A stretch of 64,000 nt of DNA from Chrysomallon squamiferum (GCA_012295275.1 CM022666.1:1302001-1366000); one strand, 5' to 3'; shown: positions 1 through 48,405, numbered from the stretch's first letter. Program-made: numbers and translations. The notes: generated from the sequence alone by a model not told the origin.

Positions 1-65
1 TGGTCTAGTGGTTAGGATTCCTGGCTTTCACCCAGGTGGCCCGGGTTCAATTCCCGGCATCGGAA
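1..65 (+). tRNA. tRNA-Glu-TTC: tRNA-Glu (anticodon TTC), first ~7 nt lie outside the window
   Basis: A-box TGGTCTAGTGG at 1-11; anticodon arm CCTGG-CT-TTC-AC-CCAGG at 20-36 (TTC at 27-29); T-arm CCGGG-TTCAATT-CCCGG; 3' acceptor strand CATCGGA plus discriminator A at 65. Matches the eukaryotic tRNA-Glu consensus. Confidence 0.95.

Positions 66-66
<1 letters not shown>

Positions 67-93
<27 letters not shown>
67..93 (+). terminator. RNA polymerase III oligo-T terminator of the tRNA gene
   Basis: T run starting 2 nt after the tRNA 3' end. Confidence 0.8.
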
Positions 94-100
<7 letters not shown>

Positions 101-1017
101 GTTTTTTATACCAGATTCAGAAATAAAAAATTAGATGGTTAAAATAATGTTTTCATTATTTTGTATAAGTTGGAAGTTCTGTGAATAAATTTTGACCGTT
201 TACATTATGAAATAATTGGAATAATTTTTATCACTTTTTGTTCTTTGAGCCATGGAATTTCCCATATACTGGATGTGTGTGGGTTGGTGAGTGGGGGGAT
301 ATTTTGGAGTGCTGATGGTTGATAGAACATGTTTATATATTTATGAGCGTATGAGAGAATGTGTGTGATGATGGTTTGTGTGTCTGCTTGCGATGTGAAT
401 ATTCAACTATAAAAATATTTGTACATTTTGTCTGAAGTAACAACAAACACTATTTGCATACGTTTATTTGTTTACTTTTTGTTTCTTTTTTTTTTTAACT
501 TGATTTTATTTATTTTATTTTTCAGTAAAAATATTAAAATTAGAAAAATGTTTGTCTTTAATTCTCAAAATAATAGTTTTGATTGGTATACAGTTTGAAA
601 ATTACACAATAAAACGGAAATATTCAATGCATATATGTAAGGTTTTCAGCAGAACAATAAAAAAAAAATAAAAAAATAAAAATTTCAATAAAAAAAAAAA
701 TATCTGTTTTATGATTAAACAACAAAAATATTTTTTAAAAACATTATATGTAAGGTTTTCAGCAGAAAAAAATAAAAAATAAAAAATAAAAAATTTCAAT
801 AAAAAAAAATAAAAAAAATTTAAAAAGTCAAAACTATAAATGAATATAGGTAAAAATTAATCGTTTGAAACAAACTGTATTCCATCTTGAGTCAGTGTCT
901 ATAACGTAACTACACATAGCGCTGGTACAAAAACAAGATACAAATGATTTAGAAAATAAAATCGGAGATTTGAATTACACACAGTAGGATCATCGAACAC
1001 GCATCAGGTAAAGAAAT

Positions 1018-10445
<9,428 letters not shown>

Positions 10446-10622
10446 TTCGATCCACTTGAAGGTCTGTTTTGGAATGCGTGGAGAGGCAAGCCTCGCAGTT
10501 TAATACGCGAGGGGAGAAAGCGATTAAATAGGTTACCGGGTCAACTCTTATTACTGACCAGTCACGCTCCTCCGTTACTCTTCGGAAAAATTAATTAATT
10601 ATTCACGTTTTAGGTCAATGGA

Positions 10623-10685
<63 letters not shown>

Positions 10686-11325
10686 CGAACGTAAGCACGT
10701 ACACCCCCCTCACAAAATACACACGAACACACACACAAACATACACATACGTATTCATATTTACTCACGTGCACATACACATACACACATATATATATAT
10801 ATACATACATATACATACATACATACACACACAAACACACACACACACGTGTATATATATAGATGTGTGTGTGTGTGTGAGCCTGTGTGTATGTAGGTGT
10901 GTGTTTGAGTGTACGTGCGAAAATCTGAATGCACGCGGACACACAAGACAAACATATATTTACTTTGTTACACATACAAACACATATTTTTTGAAACACA
11001 AAAGTTTTATGAAGTGTAAAAACATAAAGGCTTTAGTTTACACTCATAGCATTTTTAAATATGAGGTGAATGACCGATTAATACATAATATAATTAAGAA
11101 ATGTGCCAAGAAGAAATTAGACCTGAAACCAGAGAAGAATAAAACAATAGAATTAATTAAACACGAACACTCTTGATTCTACAAGTTCTTTGATTTGTGA
11201 TTATAAATGTAAAACATACCAGAAAAACTCTTATTTCTTAGCTTTGCTGTATATTTTTATTTTTTCTCCTTCTCTCTCTCTTTCTCATAAATTCTCTCCC
11301 TTCTCTTCTTTCTCGTTCTCCCTCG

Positions 11326-11432
<107 letters not shown>

Positions 11433-11870
11433 CCTCTCCCTCGTGCTAATTTTACAATAAGACATAAACAATCGAGAACAGACATTATGAAAGGAGGATA
11501 CAAATGTGAAATATGTGGGTTACACGCCTCGATTGGTTAAGTAGCTCAGACAAATATCCTCGATTCCGGACAAATTCAACAGCCTACCTCCTCTGTTATT
11601 TCTGTGTACATCAGCTATCCATTTCATTGTTTGATCACAATAAAATAAAATTTTATATGATTATTCATTCAGCTAGATTTCATCATGTACAAAGAAAACT
11701 GTCTGACTATCAGTTCATCCATGTCAGTCTGTCCCGCCAGCTTGTCCTGTTTGTCCATCATTCCATCCTTTTCGTTTCTTCTTTCTATCTTTTTGTGTTT
11801 CTGTGTGTATGTGTGGTTATGTATGTTGTGTGTGTGTTTATTTATTTATTTATTTTTATTTATTTGTTTG

Positions 11871-11914
<44 letters not shown>

Positions 11915-12026
11915 CTGGGTCATTAGTATACTACCACTATTACTTTTACACCTACCACCATTACTACTACTGATAACAACAACAACAGCAGAAGCAACAA
12001 CAACAACAATAATAATAACAGCAACA

Positions 12027-12105
<79 letters not shown>

Positions 12106-12509
12106 CACGAAAACACACTGATGTATGCACTTAATTAATAAACAATTCTGTGCTAATTTATTAATAATTTTATTTAGAATTAAATAAATATTTCGAAACA
12201 AGATTAAATAATGCAATATATAATATTATATAACACATATATATATATATATATATGCATATAATTACACAAAGCAGTTTAAAACAGTAAAAGATTATAT
12301 CGTAAAGTGCAATTCTTGAAGCTAAGATCACGTAACATTGTATATTATGAATTATTTATTGGATTTAAAGCTGAAAAGAAAGTGAATAACTAAACTGAAT
12401 CAAATTCTTATGTAAATGGGAAAAGATGTGATATAAATTCATCTTTCATAACTCTCTGAGCCTAAGATGACTTTCAGTTAAAATCCTTTGAAATCACAGT
12501 TTTATGTAT

Positions 12510-12558
12510 CGGAAACTGGCGCATAGCGGAAACTGGTGCATAACGGAAACTGGTGCAG
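12510..12558. repeat. 17-bp tandem triplet immediately 3' of the paralog B stop codon
   Basis: CGGAAACTGGYGCATA(A/G) x3, last copy partial. Confidence 0.75.
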
Positions 12559-12559
12559 G

Positions 12560-22124
<9,565 letters not shown>

Positions 22125-22233
22125 TTTTTTTTTTTTTTTTTAATAATACTTCTCTAATTTTATCACCCTGTGTTAAACGATATAACAGACTGATCAATAT
22201 CAAGCTATATATATATATATATATATCTATGTG

Positions 22234-22283
<50 letters not shown>

Positions 22284-22469
22284 TAACACCTTAGGAAAAA
22301 AAAAATACTGTTAACGTTTTGGTTGCGAATGTTACATATCAGGCTATTTCGGCGTTCTATTGATATATACATAACTATTAAATATGTATGCGTGTTCGAG
22401 TGGGCGCTTTAGGCAAGGTGAAAGGTTGTCAGTGTACGTTTATGGCAAAGCGGACAGGAATGTCTGTAA

Positions 22470-22625
22470 GATGCGTTAGCTCCGCCCCTTTTAGTAGTTT
22501 CCAGAACGATGTAGAAGAAATGACGTGGGGCTGTTATTAGTCGCAACGGGCAGGAGGCGGAGTTATAATTTGTTAAAAAAAAAAAAAAAATTCTCTTCTT
22601 TATTATTATTATTGCTATTACTACT

Positions 22626-22656
<31 letters not shown>

Positions 22657-22825
22657 TTTTACGTATTTTAGTTTTATTTTCAGTTTATGTTAAAGTCTTT
22701 GTCATGTATAAAATGCATAAAGTAAAGGGTAAGAAAATAATTCAGCTGGGACGAGGTCAAACAGAATAAATTAATAAAATGTGGAGCACGTCAATTAACG
22801 CTAAGCTTTTGCGCATGCGCACTTC
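22470..22825 (-). promoter_or_regulatory. Candidate promoter of paralog B: GC boxes and a perfect NRF1 palindrome TGCGCATGCGCA (22810-22821)
   Basis: GC-rich motifs in otherwise AT-rich DNA, 350-700 bp upstream of the ATG at 22124. Confidence 0.5.
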
Positions 22826-23369
22826 GCGTGTTTAAAAAAATATTAACGAAATAAAAATTTAAATAATTACTGCTCGAAAGCGACGCTTATAAACAAAAAT
22901 GATTAATGATAAAATCATTAAATTGAATTTAGCAATATATTATATTAAATTAATTTTTAAATTTTAATGTGAATATACATTCTAAAATCATATATTTGTT
23001 TTATCCAGTGATTTGAATGCATAGTTATATACATGTTTTTAAAATCACGTTTGTGCTTGAAATAGTCACATGGAAGCTTATCAGTTTGCAGATGTTAAAA
23101 TCACAGCTTTCCCTTTAATAGTGGTAATTCTAGATTGCATATTGAATAACTTGTTGTCGTAGGCAGTTTGATTGTCATAGATATTACACTGTCAAAAAAA
23201 AATAAATAAAAGAGTAATGAGTGTGTTTGTTCTGTGGCTTATCTAGTTGTCTTAGATGTAATGATCTGTATGGTATATTCTTTCCTGTATACGGGAAGGT
23301 GCTTGTAAACGATATTTTGTTGCTGATTGAGAAATGCAGCCCTTGGAATGATATTTTCATTATGTGAAA

Positions 23370-23408
<39 letters not shown>

Positions 23409-23988
23409 ATATATTTTCTTCTTCTTATTGTTATTATTATTACTATTAATAGTAGTAGTATTAGTGCAGTTATTGTAACCCATATAACATATATTTTATA
23501 AAAATTACTCCTGTGTAAAATAAATAAATAAATCAGTTATTGGATAAACAAACAAACAAACAAACGAAATAAATAAATAAATAAATAAATAAAGTAAAAA
23601 TAAATATAAATATAAAAATAAAATAATAAAAACCATTAATCAGAAACATCTAGCAAATATTAAAGATGTTAAAATTTCATTCATTCATTCGTTCTTTCCT
23701 TCGTTCCAGTGCATGTATCAAAACATATTGATCACAAACACCTTAAATTTGAGGAATTTAAAAAAAAAAAAAAAAAAAAAAGGCATATTTGTAATGAATA
23801 TTTTTATTTCGTAGTAATTGAAAATATTGATCCAAGAAACCATTTAAACAAGAGGAACACGATGTAATGATGAAGAGAAAAAGTGGGTAGATAAATTCAA
23901 GTACATTTCATGCGTACCTGTATGTATAATTATATCAAAATAAATGCTCAGATACAAGTTTTTATTGCATATAATGCTAATACTACTA

Positions 23989-24038
<50 letters not shown>

Positions 24039-24058
24039 TAATAATAATAATAGTAGTA

Positions 24059-24094
<36 letters not shown>

Positions 24095-24915
24095 GTAATA
24101 GTAATAGTAATAATAATAGTAGTAGTAGTAGTAGAATAATAATAATAACAATAATAATAATGATAATAATAATAATGATGATAATAATAATAATAATAAT
24201 GATGATAATAATAATAATAATAATGATGATGATGATAATAAAAATATGGAAAGAAAAACTAAATATATATGTAACAAATATAAAAATAAATGCTAATTTG
24301 TGACTACATGATTACAAACAATAAAATATACGATAACTAAATTCTAGTCATAATAACATGCTACATAAACATAAATATATATATATTAAGTTGATAAGTT
24401 GGTGGTGTGTCTCTTTTTCATACTTGCTTTATTTTTGTTATTATTATCCCTTTGTGTTGTTCTGTTTTTTTTCAAAGAAAAAGGTTTTTAAACTGAACAT
24501 AAGCTGGTACGAAAAAATGGCCTAAAAAATGAACATTTTTAACATATTTCGTTTCTTTGAATATTGTTTTTCTGTATTTTTTTTTCTTTTCTGAAATTAA
24601 CCTTTATTAATAATTAAGTTTTTTCCGAGACGTCATTTTATTGTAAGAGATTAACCCTCAAGACAAATTAGAAAATTCCAACCACCATTAATACTTTTTG
24701 ACTTCTTTGTAATTTTTGATTGTCGGACTTTATTACTGACAAAGGTTAGGGGTCTTTAAACGAATATTTAGTCATACCATCATGTACACTTTTTAAATAT
24801 GTTAGAATGAAGTAAGTTATCTGAAAGAATTTAGTGCATATAACAAACAAATTCTTCTAAACATAGGAACCAAAAAATTCAAAAAAAATATATTATCCCT
24901 TTTTTGTTTTTATTT

Positions 24916-24996
<81 letters not shown>

Positions 24997-25110
24997 ATCA
25001 AAGTCTTTCAGTTATGTAAATATATCCATGACGTTTTCGAAACAGCAATTTTAAAGTGTTAATATTAGTTCTCAACGCCCATTGGTTCGTTCAGGTCACG
25101 AGGTTGCATA

Positions 25111-32169
<7,059 letters not shown>

Positions 32170-32447
32170 GTTTGAATTTGTTGACGGAGTATTTCGCACC
32201 GTCAGAAACTGGTCCAGTAGTATGTATGTATGTAGGCGATGAACCGTGAAACTGTGCTTGGTACAAGGTCAAGGCAGGGGAAATAGTAATGACGGTGTGC
32301 ATTCAGCGTGTTAGCGTGTATGTAACTAATTATTCATACGTGATCGTTTGTGTATTTGCTGAAGCAACAGTCTACGTGCAAATACACACACTCATCTAAT
32401 CTTTTATCTTTTTCGCTAAGCGTTTTTTCAGTCTTCTATTTTTGGCA

Positions 32448-32516
<69 letters not shown>

Positions 32517-32806
32517 ATATCTGTCTTTGTCAGTGTTGCTCGTTTTTCTCATATATTTTCATGCCGGCATAAATGAATAAATGTCGTTTATAAACACGAC
32601 ATATTTTAGCAAAAACCTATTTCACGAACCTTTATTTGTATTATATTTATTCACTTTTAAAATAAAACGCCATATGTTGCTATCGTATTTCTGTTAATTA
32701 CAACACAATACGTAAACTGATATGCTACAAAAAGTATGTTTCAAGCAACAACAGTTGTTATCAACATCGAAAAAAAATAATAACTCGTTATCAAAACGTC
32801 TGTCTG

Positions 32807-32886
<80 letters not shown>

Positions 32887-33336
32887 GCACACACGCACAC
32901 ACATGCACGCACATTAATATTTATGATCGAGATAACTGTAGACTGAAAACGTTCGTTTTTTTCGTTCTTGACTTGTCGTGTTTTATTTATTGTATGTCAC
33001 GTCTTGTCACGTTTTCCATTTTTTGTGACGCTAAAACAAAAAGCGCCTTCAACGTGATATATGCATGTAGAGTCATTTAAAAAAAATAAAAATAATAACA
33101 ATAAATTCTTTAGCATATAAAATAAATTTATAGTAACATAATGTTTCTTTTATAGTTATGTATGGTTATTCGTTTTTGGATTGTTTTTTTTTTTCAGTGA
33201 TTTAAAAAAAGAAAAAAAAGAGACAAATCAAATTTGTGAGGATTTCTTTACAAATAATATTTCGACAGTTCTGCAAGTATTTTCTAAATTATTTTACTAT
33301 CAAGGATTTCCTTACGTAACTATTGCATCCGCATTC

Positions 33337-33377
<41 letters not shown>

Positions 33378-33627
33378 TACACACAATCAACACAGACTCA
33401 CACACACATACACATATAAACAGATATACACTTTCCTAAATAATTTCATTGTCAACAGACTCATACACACTCAAAGACTAACATCACACACACATACAAA
33501 ACAGATACACACTTTCCTAAATAATTTCATTTTCAAGGATTTCACTACATAACCATTGCATCTACACACACATGCAGGAGGACAAACAAACGCACACACA
33601 CACACACATCTACATACCACCCCGGGG

Positions 33628-33682
<55 letters not shown>

Positions 33683-34202
33683 CAACATATAATAATAATT
33701 AAATAAACCTCAAGAGATTTGCATACATTATTTTTTCTTTAAAATCTGACAACATGACGTAAATATTTTTGTTATAAAATATCTTCACTACAATCTTCGA
33801 CACAGTAAAACAGTTTTATATTTGAATTCCGACTGTCGTAACGACGATGTGTAAAAATAACACACAAACGTAAAGTACGTGTGACCTGGACCTACAAATT
33901 TATCAGTTTCTCGTAATGGTATGGGGGAGAAAAAAAACAAAACAAATCCGGCTCGCTTTGTTTGTTACGAAACTAATTTACAGTTGGTCCTAGTTTATTA
34001 ATAACCAAACTGTGGAGATAACGAGAGAAAGGAGACAATGTGTTGTGCAGTGTGTCAGTGTGTGTTGTTAATTTGGTGTCAAGATAGGAAACACTCGATT
34101 GTGCAGGATGACGTAACTTTGTGACATTTTGAAAAATTTGCCGATTCATCAGTGCTTGCGTGCTCTCAAACGATTCATTATTGTTAAATGTTACTGCTGC
34201 TG

Positions 34203-34235
<33 letters not shown>

Positions 34236-34468
34236 TTAATTTTATTTATATTATTGTTATACATAATTTTATTTGTTATGCTTTTTAAATAAATATTTTC
34301 AAAATAATAAAGATTAGGATACAAATACGTATGTAACGTTTTTGCTTAAAGATTTCTTTTTTTAACTTTCACTGAGAAATGAAATCTGTTTAGAGAGATC
34401 TGTGGTCTTTTGGATGATAAATAGTTTATCATTAAAATTCTAAATACTTTGTCAGTTATATAATTTTA

Positions 34469-34529
<61 letters not shown>

Positions 34530-36168
34530 TATCCATTTCCTTCCTTCTCTTTCTTTTATCATTTTTATTTTAGAAATATTTAACACAGAATTTCATTTAG
34601 TTGGTGACGTTTGAATAAATCACAATGATGATGGCAAAAAATGACAAAAATTATAAACACGCTTTCCCAACCATCTACAGGATCTACACACCCTGGTGCG
34701 TCAATTCAACCGGTTTTCGTTCCAGCCTAAATCCGATCAACAGCGGAACCAAAACCTACTGGGCGCTCTTTCGTGGTTTAAAAGAAGAAGAAGAAAAAGA
34801 AGAAGAAAAAAAAAAAACAAAAAAACCCAAAAAAACAATGGGGATAATTCAGAGAAACACTGCAAAGTAGGAATATTTCCTTTATGTATGAGAGAAAGCA
34901 AATTTTTATTAATATCCGGCGAAGACAAATCGTTAATTTCTTCTGATTTTTTCATTCTTTTTTTTCCTTGCGAAAAATTTTTTTCTTCTTTTAATTTTTT
35001 CAAAGGAGAGTTTTTTTCTGCACGGCCCATTTAATTTCCTCCATTTGAAACCACACCATCCGAGTCCGTTGCTACAATTTCAAAAGTTGTTTAGTTGGAA
35101 ACAAACGCGACCCTTTGTTGCCAAGCCAGTTGTTAACATTCAGTACAAACAGCAACAGCTTCAGAACGATTGTCACAAACACGTGCTGCCAGCCATAAAT
35201 AATCAATAGTCACCTTAGAAACGCCAGTAACAGATTATAGGGGTGTCCTAGGAGCTGCAAAACCACCTCCCCTCTATAGACCTCAGACACGCCATCAGGA
35301 TCTGATGTAGGAGCTTTCAGTCTCACCAGTATAAAAATCCACGACCATATTCAATGTGCTAGATACAATTCTAACTTCTGTGCAACCCTCATTCGAAAAG
35401 TCTTGATCAATAACATGATTTTAATGTTTATAATACAATAATTATGCGCATTCTTATATAGCTAATGAAACTATGCTATGTTTACATTACAACATCCATA
35501 ATTATGCTTATAACGCATGCTTACAGTAATTATAACAGTTATTATATATGCACTGAATATAAAGATTATAATTATGTGTAGTCTAGAACAGTTGTAATAA
35601 TGCTTATGATATAACAGTTATTATTATCATGCATTTAATACAAAGATTATAATTATGTTTGTGCCACAGCAGTTGAAATTATTCTTACAATAGTTACAGT
35701 TCCGCTTTTAATTCAGCAGATATAATCAAACTCAAGGTTGAACTAAAACAAGGCCATAAAGACTTTTCTGTCAAAGCTGCTACACGATATGTGTATTCTA
35801 TTAGAAGTATCAGATAAATGCCATCCCACAGACAAATGTTTTCTCTTTCAATCGGAATTATTAATAACCCCGTTGAATCCACTATTAAAAATCGATCGAC
35901 TGTTTTTATTTATACCGCCTTTGTTCAGTGGACTGTATCATGCACGACACACATCTGCAACCATAAAACGATATGTTAATTGGGTCGTCATGGCAACAGC
36001 CACCGAAGCATGACGAATACAGTGCAAGCTTTGATGGTTTCGTACAGCTCCTTTAAAAAAAAAAAAAAAAAACGTTATTTATATTCGCAGAATATGTGTA
36101 AACAGAAATGTAGTGTATATAAAACATACATGCGCACAATAAATAAATGCATGCATGCACACATACAG

Positions 36169-36277
<109 letters not shown>

Positions 36278-36320
36278 TACATATACATATATGAATACAC
36301 ACATTCAGATATACATTTAG

Positions 36321-36352
<32 letters not shown>

Positions 36353-37759
36353 ATATAAATACATGCACACACACACAAATGCATGCATGGATGACTACAT
36401 AAACATACATATACATGCATGCATGCACACACAAACATACATACACATACATACACATACATTCTGATATACACATTCATACATAACAGACAAACATCAA
36501 CGCAAGCGTAAAGAGGATTATGTTGCCAGACTGATTTTAAAGAACCTGGTTCACGTTACAGCGTAAACTGGTAAACTAAAGAAATAATCTAACAGCAAAG
36601 TAAAAAACCTTTTTGTACCCGCAGCAAAACTGGCGACAACGTTGAATCAAACGCATTGTATATTATACTGAAAATATTAACGATGAAAATACAACAACTG
36701 AAAGTTCAAACACATAATACACACATGCACACACACGCGAACACGCACACGCACACATATACACGTACACGCACGCACGCACACACAATCGAACATCCTT
36801 TTCTTTTCTTTTCTTTAAAAAAAAAAAAAAAAAAAAATCCTACGGTCGTCTTTTTAAGTGCAATTGTTTGCACAGTGGTATATATATACAAACGAATAAT
36901 TAACCTAAATTAATAACTGAGTTTTAATTAAACACATACCACCAGTGCAACAGAACCTAGATAATAATAAATAATAATAATAATAATAAAAAAAAAAATA
37001 AAATAAAAAGTATGCCGAGTCAACGACCTAACGTGACCCACAGCACAATCACCGAAATGTGTCGGAAAGAACCGAGTGCGCAGACTCGAGGAAATTCAAG
37101 ACCGACCGAATTCTTGCTTCAGTTAGTAATTCGTTTTCATGTACGTAAACGAAAACGTCAGGGTATTATTATACACACTGATAGTCTTTAAAACAAACAC
37201 GTCTTTTTCATATTCTTTGTTGTAACTGAAGCTTCAAATGTTGCATATGTTTTTAAACAAATATGATTTGTTATGTTATATATTGAAGACGCAAACTCAG
37301 ATGTTGTTCACATGGTGATGATGATGATGATGAAATAACTTATGGGAAAAAAAAAAAGTTACATATTTGGCGTTGCAAAAATAATTTTAAAAAAAAAGAA
37401 GAAGAAAAAAGTCGCATATTTAGCTTTGCAAAAAAATATAAAAAAATAAAAAAAAAAGATAAAAAAAGAAAAAAGAAAAAAGAAAAAAGAAAAAAAGATA
37501 AAAAAAAAGGGTTCATTTGTGCTTTTTGTGTTTACTGTTCACAGTGTGAGTTTATCGTTTGATCTTTAAAACAGAAACGTAAGACAGATATTCGGTTCGA
37601 GTCATTCAGTTAAAAAGACTGCGATAACATCCGAGAAGACCGCGGTGAAAATAACATTCACTCGAACGTTGATTTCGTTTCAGTCACGTAAACGAATCTG
37701 TCGTGTTTGTAACAACAACTGTTTGTATGTCTGTGAAATAATATACAGTTCTAGGAAAT

Positions 37760-38575
37760 GACAATCTTTAACGCTGCATAAGACTGAAATTGCATAAACA
37801 AAATGACTGTCTTTAATGTACAAAATGACTGGAATCGATACGAGACTGAATTCACGTTACAATACGATTATCTTTAATGTACTACATAACACGTACTACT
37901 GAAATTATATATACAAAATGATTGTCTTTAATGTACTACATAAGACTGAAGTTACATATAAACAAATACTACATAAGACTGAAGTTACATATAAACAAAA
38001 TGATTGTCTTTAATGCGCTACATAAGACTAAAATTACATATACAAAATGATTGTCTTTAATGTACTACATAAGATTAAAATTACGTATACAAAATTACTA
38101 TTTTCAATGTACTACATAAGATTAAAATTACGTATACAAAATTACTATCTTTAATGTGCTACTTAAGATTAAAATTACGTATACAAAATGACTATCTTTA
38201 ATGTACCACATAAGATTAAAATTATGTATATAAAATGACTATCTTTAATGTTCAACATAAGATTAAAATTACGGATGCAAAATGACTATTTTCAATGTAC
38301 TACATAAGATTAAAATTACGTATACAAAATTACTATCTTTAATGTTCAACATAAGATTAAAATTACGTATACAAAATGACTATTTTTAATGTACTACATA
38401 AGACACAAATTACGTATTCGAAATGACTATCAGTAATGTACTACATAAGACTAAAATTACGTATACAAAATGACTATCTTTAATGTACTACATAAGATTA
38501 AAATTACGTATACAAAATGACTATCTTTAATGTACTGCATAAGATTAAAATAACGTAACAAAATGACTATCAGTA
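37760..38575. repeat. 47-bp minisatellite, about 17 copies, just downstream of the cyclase stop codon
   Basis: Unit TGACTATCTTTAATGTACTACATAAGATTAAAATTACGTATACAAAA (e.g. 38471 and 38518), degenerating toward 37760. Confidence 0.92.
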
Positions 38576-38580
38576 ACGCG

Positions 38581-44966
<6,386 letters not shown>

Positions 44967-45304
44967 GGCTGTCTTATCTGAAACGAATATTTAATCATCA
45001 GATTATGGAATGACCTGCTGTGTAATATACATGATATGTTTACTTGACTTGGATACACATATATTTGTGTGTCATCACTAATAACGATGGTGTTCCAAAT
45101 CTACGATACCAGTTTAAAAGTTGAATCATGAATTCTGCCATTTTGCGCCATATTTGATCGAATCTAGCAGTTTCGCAGTATTCAGTCGACTGGGGCTCTT
45201 TTTTGTTTGTTTTTGTTTTCGTTTTTTGTTTGTTTTTAAAACATTAGTTGCCATTATACAGCATAATACTTATTATTATTATTTAAGTGTTGTTTTCTTT
45301 TTAA

Positions 45305-45336
<32 letters not shown>

Positions 45337-46934
45337 GCTTGTTGTTATTGCGACTTAGGTCAGTATACAGTTCGTCCCCCCCAAAAATGTATACAAAATT
45401 TTTTTTCTTAGATTATATCTGTTGATAATGCATTTAAAAGGTCTGAACTGAACCAATAAAAAGTCTGTAGTACGATGAAATATGAGGTCGCCATCTTGAA
45501 ATTATGCAAATTACCCACGTGGCCGTGGTCAGATTTTGGGAGACTTTTCTTTTGTATAGATTTGTTTGTGGTTGGTTCAGTCATTATTTTTCTTATACTG
45601 ACCCGCCAAACGCTAACTGTAATTTTCAGAGCTTGACTTTTGCTAGATGATCTTTCTGAAAGTAAAAAGATTAATTAGCAAAACAGCTACAAAGCTTGCA
45701 GGATTTCATTTCGTCCAAATGTTTTGTTACGTATGTCATTTTTGAAATATTCTTTTTTTCTTTACGTGTCCATCATATATATATATATATAACATAAATT
45801 TAAACTGAGATGGAGTTTTAAGTCCAATGTTATTTTTCGAATTGTGAAAATTTAAAAATGTGTGTGTGTGTGTGTGTTTGTGTATTAAATAATTTAAAAT
45901 ACACACACACACACACACACATATATACATATATATATCTTTTAAAACTATTTAATCATATACATACATGCATACATACATCATATACATATAAACACAC
46001 ACACACACACTCACACACATTTATATATATATATATATACACGCATATGTATGTATGTATATAGGTATGTACGCATGAACATACATACGTACATACGTAT
46101 ATACACACACACACATATATTCATACATGCATACGTACACTTGCATATTTGTACACGTTATACACAAAATTGAATTACGTAATATGTGTATTACTGTAAA
46201 GTCCTAACTTGACCGAGTCACCAACTACAAAATACGTAACGATTTTTTGACGTCACATTACTAATACCGACACAAGTTTCTAAAATACCTTACGTTCGTC
46301 GACAAAGTGATTTTATCTTCAGTTTCAGAAGCACGTAAGTTCGCCCCTCACAACCGGCTTGAGGCAAAAAACTAAAATGAACGGTCAGTTATATCAGCAC
46401 ATCTTTTCTGACACAAAAATACTGCTCTGTGTAAATAATACTGGTCATCTTGAATGTACGCAAGGTGTATCCTGACATTCAAACGTTTTTTTGTTTTTTA
46501 TTATCAAAGACACTGATAAAAACCGAACCTTGATCGAGTATATATACTCTGTAAACATTTTGTATTTACTTTTAAGTCTTCATTTATATTTAATGTCACA
46601 GGTTTTTATCAGCAAAGTCCGCAGTCTCTATGGAGAAATAAAAACAGTAAGATAGTTTAGAAAACTCAAGTTTTGACAGTATATATATATATATATTATT
46701 ATTTTTTTTTTTTGGTTATAGGTGAAAAGTTCGGCAGCCTCAAAGGTCTTAGGAATATCATGTGACTGAATTTTTATGTTTTCTTCTTTATTTATTTGTT
46801 TATTTATTTATTTATTTATTTATTTATTGTTGTTAATAACAACAATACATATACACACAGGCACACACACACACACACACAAAATCTGATCTATTAAATA
46901 AAAGATACGAAACACACGTTGGTAATCAAAAACT

Positions 46935-46940
46935 TTTATT
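46935..46940 (-). other. Candidate polyadenylation signal (AATAAA) for RUBCN, implying a ~4.9 kb 3' UTR
   Basis: TTTATT on + strand in a typical 3'-end context. No exons recognised between 46940 and 51850. Many AATAAA-like hexamers exist in this AT-rich DNA, so the assignment is tentative. Confidence 0.3.
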
Positions 46941-48335
46941 ACAAAACAGTACAAATATTATAATTTATTTTATCACAGTCAATTTAGACAAATAAATAAT
47001 GAAAATAAACGTAACAATTGTGGGTTTAATTTATTAGTTTATTTTCATTTTATTTTATTTTTTGGAATTAAGGATTATAATAAAGTGGAAAAATTTAGAG
47101 CATAAACGTGTTAATTACAGAATTTCTTTATCCAATTTCTGAAAAATAATTTCCTTGTCAATTATCATATATATAATGGTATATAAACACAATGAAATAG
47201 ATTTATTTCTTTTAATTGAAAAAATAACTGAATTAATACATAATAATTATAATATAAATGCAAAAATAGCAGTTGTAGCAGTAATATTTGGTAGTGGTAG
47301 TAGTAGTAGTAGTAGTAGTGGTAGTAGTAGTAGTAGTAGTATTGGTAATGGTAGTAACAATGAAGCAAAAATAAGTAAGTAAATAAACTAAAGTTTAAAA
47401 TTATTTAATTAAAAAAAAAAAAATGTAGTAATAAATAAGGTATAAGTTTATGAATCAGTAACAGTACATAAAATTTTAAACATTTAATGTGATTTTAATC
47501 AGTAACAGAAAACTGTATTATACAGCAAAAGAACTGGAATCACTTAGAAAACAAGTGGAAGTGTTATGACCAAAAAACACAACAAAGAAAAACAACAAAA
47601 AAACAACAATCCAAAACAAAATAAAAATAAAATAAAATAAATAAATAATAAAAATCAACAAAATAAAAATAATAATAATAATAATAATATCAATAATAAT
47701 AATAATAATAACAATAATAATAATAATAATAAATTAAAAAATAAAAACAACCAGAAAAATAAAGAAAAAACAATAAAGAATAAATAAATAAATAAAAAAA
47801 AAACAAAAAAAACAAATACCAAACAGAAAAGTCTCATTAATAAAATAACAAATAAATAAAATAAAATAACAAAATAAATTAAATTAAAAAAAATCCAAAT
47901 AAATAATAATAATAATAATAAATTTAAAAAAATAAAAAAATAAAAAAATAAAAAATAAAATAAAACTTGTTTCACAGTAAACCTAAGAAAATAACAGATG
48001 ATATTTAACCAAAATTGATTTTTTAATTTCCCGAAGAATATTTGAAAATAATTTTCAATTTATAATTCAGGCTAAAACACAAAATCTTTTGGCTCTGATT
48101 TCTAATGTTTGTTCATGGCACATAAGAGCACTATTTTAACAAACAACAAAAAAAAAAAAAAAAAAATAAAAATAAATATATATATATATATATATATATA
48201 ACAAAATTATGAATACAAATCAAATCTAAGTCATATGGCAGCTGACTCAGATGCTTGGAAAGTTTTAGAAAAAATTAATTTTAAAATTTCATCACTGTTA
48301 TTAAAAGATAATAAGTTATAATATCTAGTTTTGAG

Positions 48336-48405
<70 letters not shown>

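Noticed and set aside
23095-23120. Minus-strand AG/GGAAAGCTGTG (GKAV) resembling the start of exon 4
   Set aside because: Similarity stops after four codons with no EKP; chance match.
37760-38575. 47-bp array as a possible CRISPR array
   Set aside because: No spacers, gradual degeneration, eukaryotic 3' UTR context.
46294-46400. Possible non-coding first exon of the cyclase (donor AC/GTAAGG at about 46293; acceptor at 44978 precedes the ATG)
   Set aside because: Plausible, but one donor-like motif is not enough to annotate without transcript evidence.
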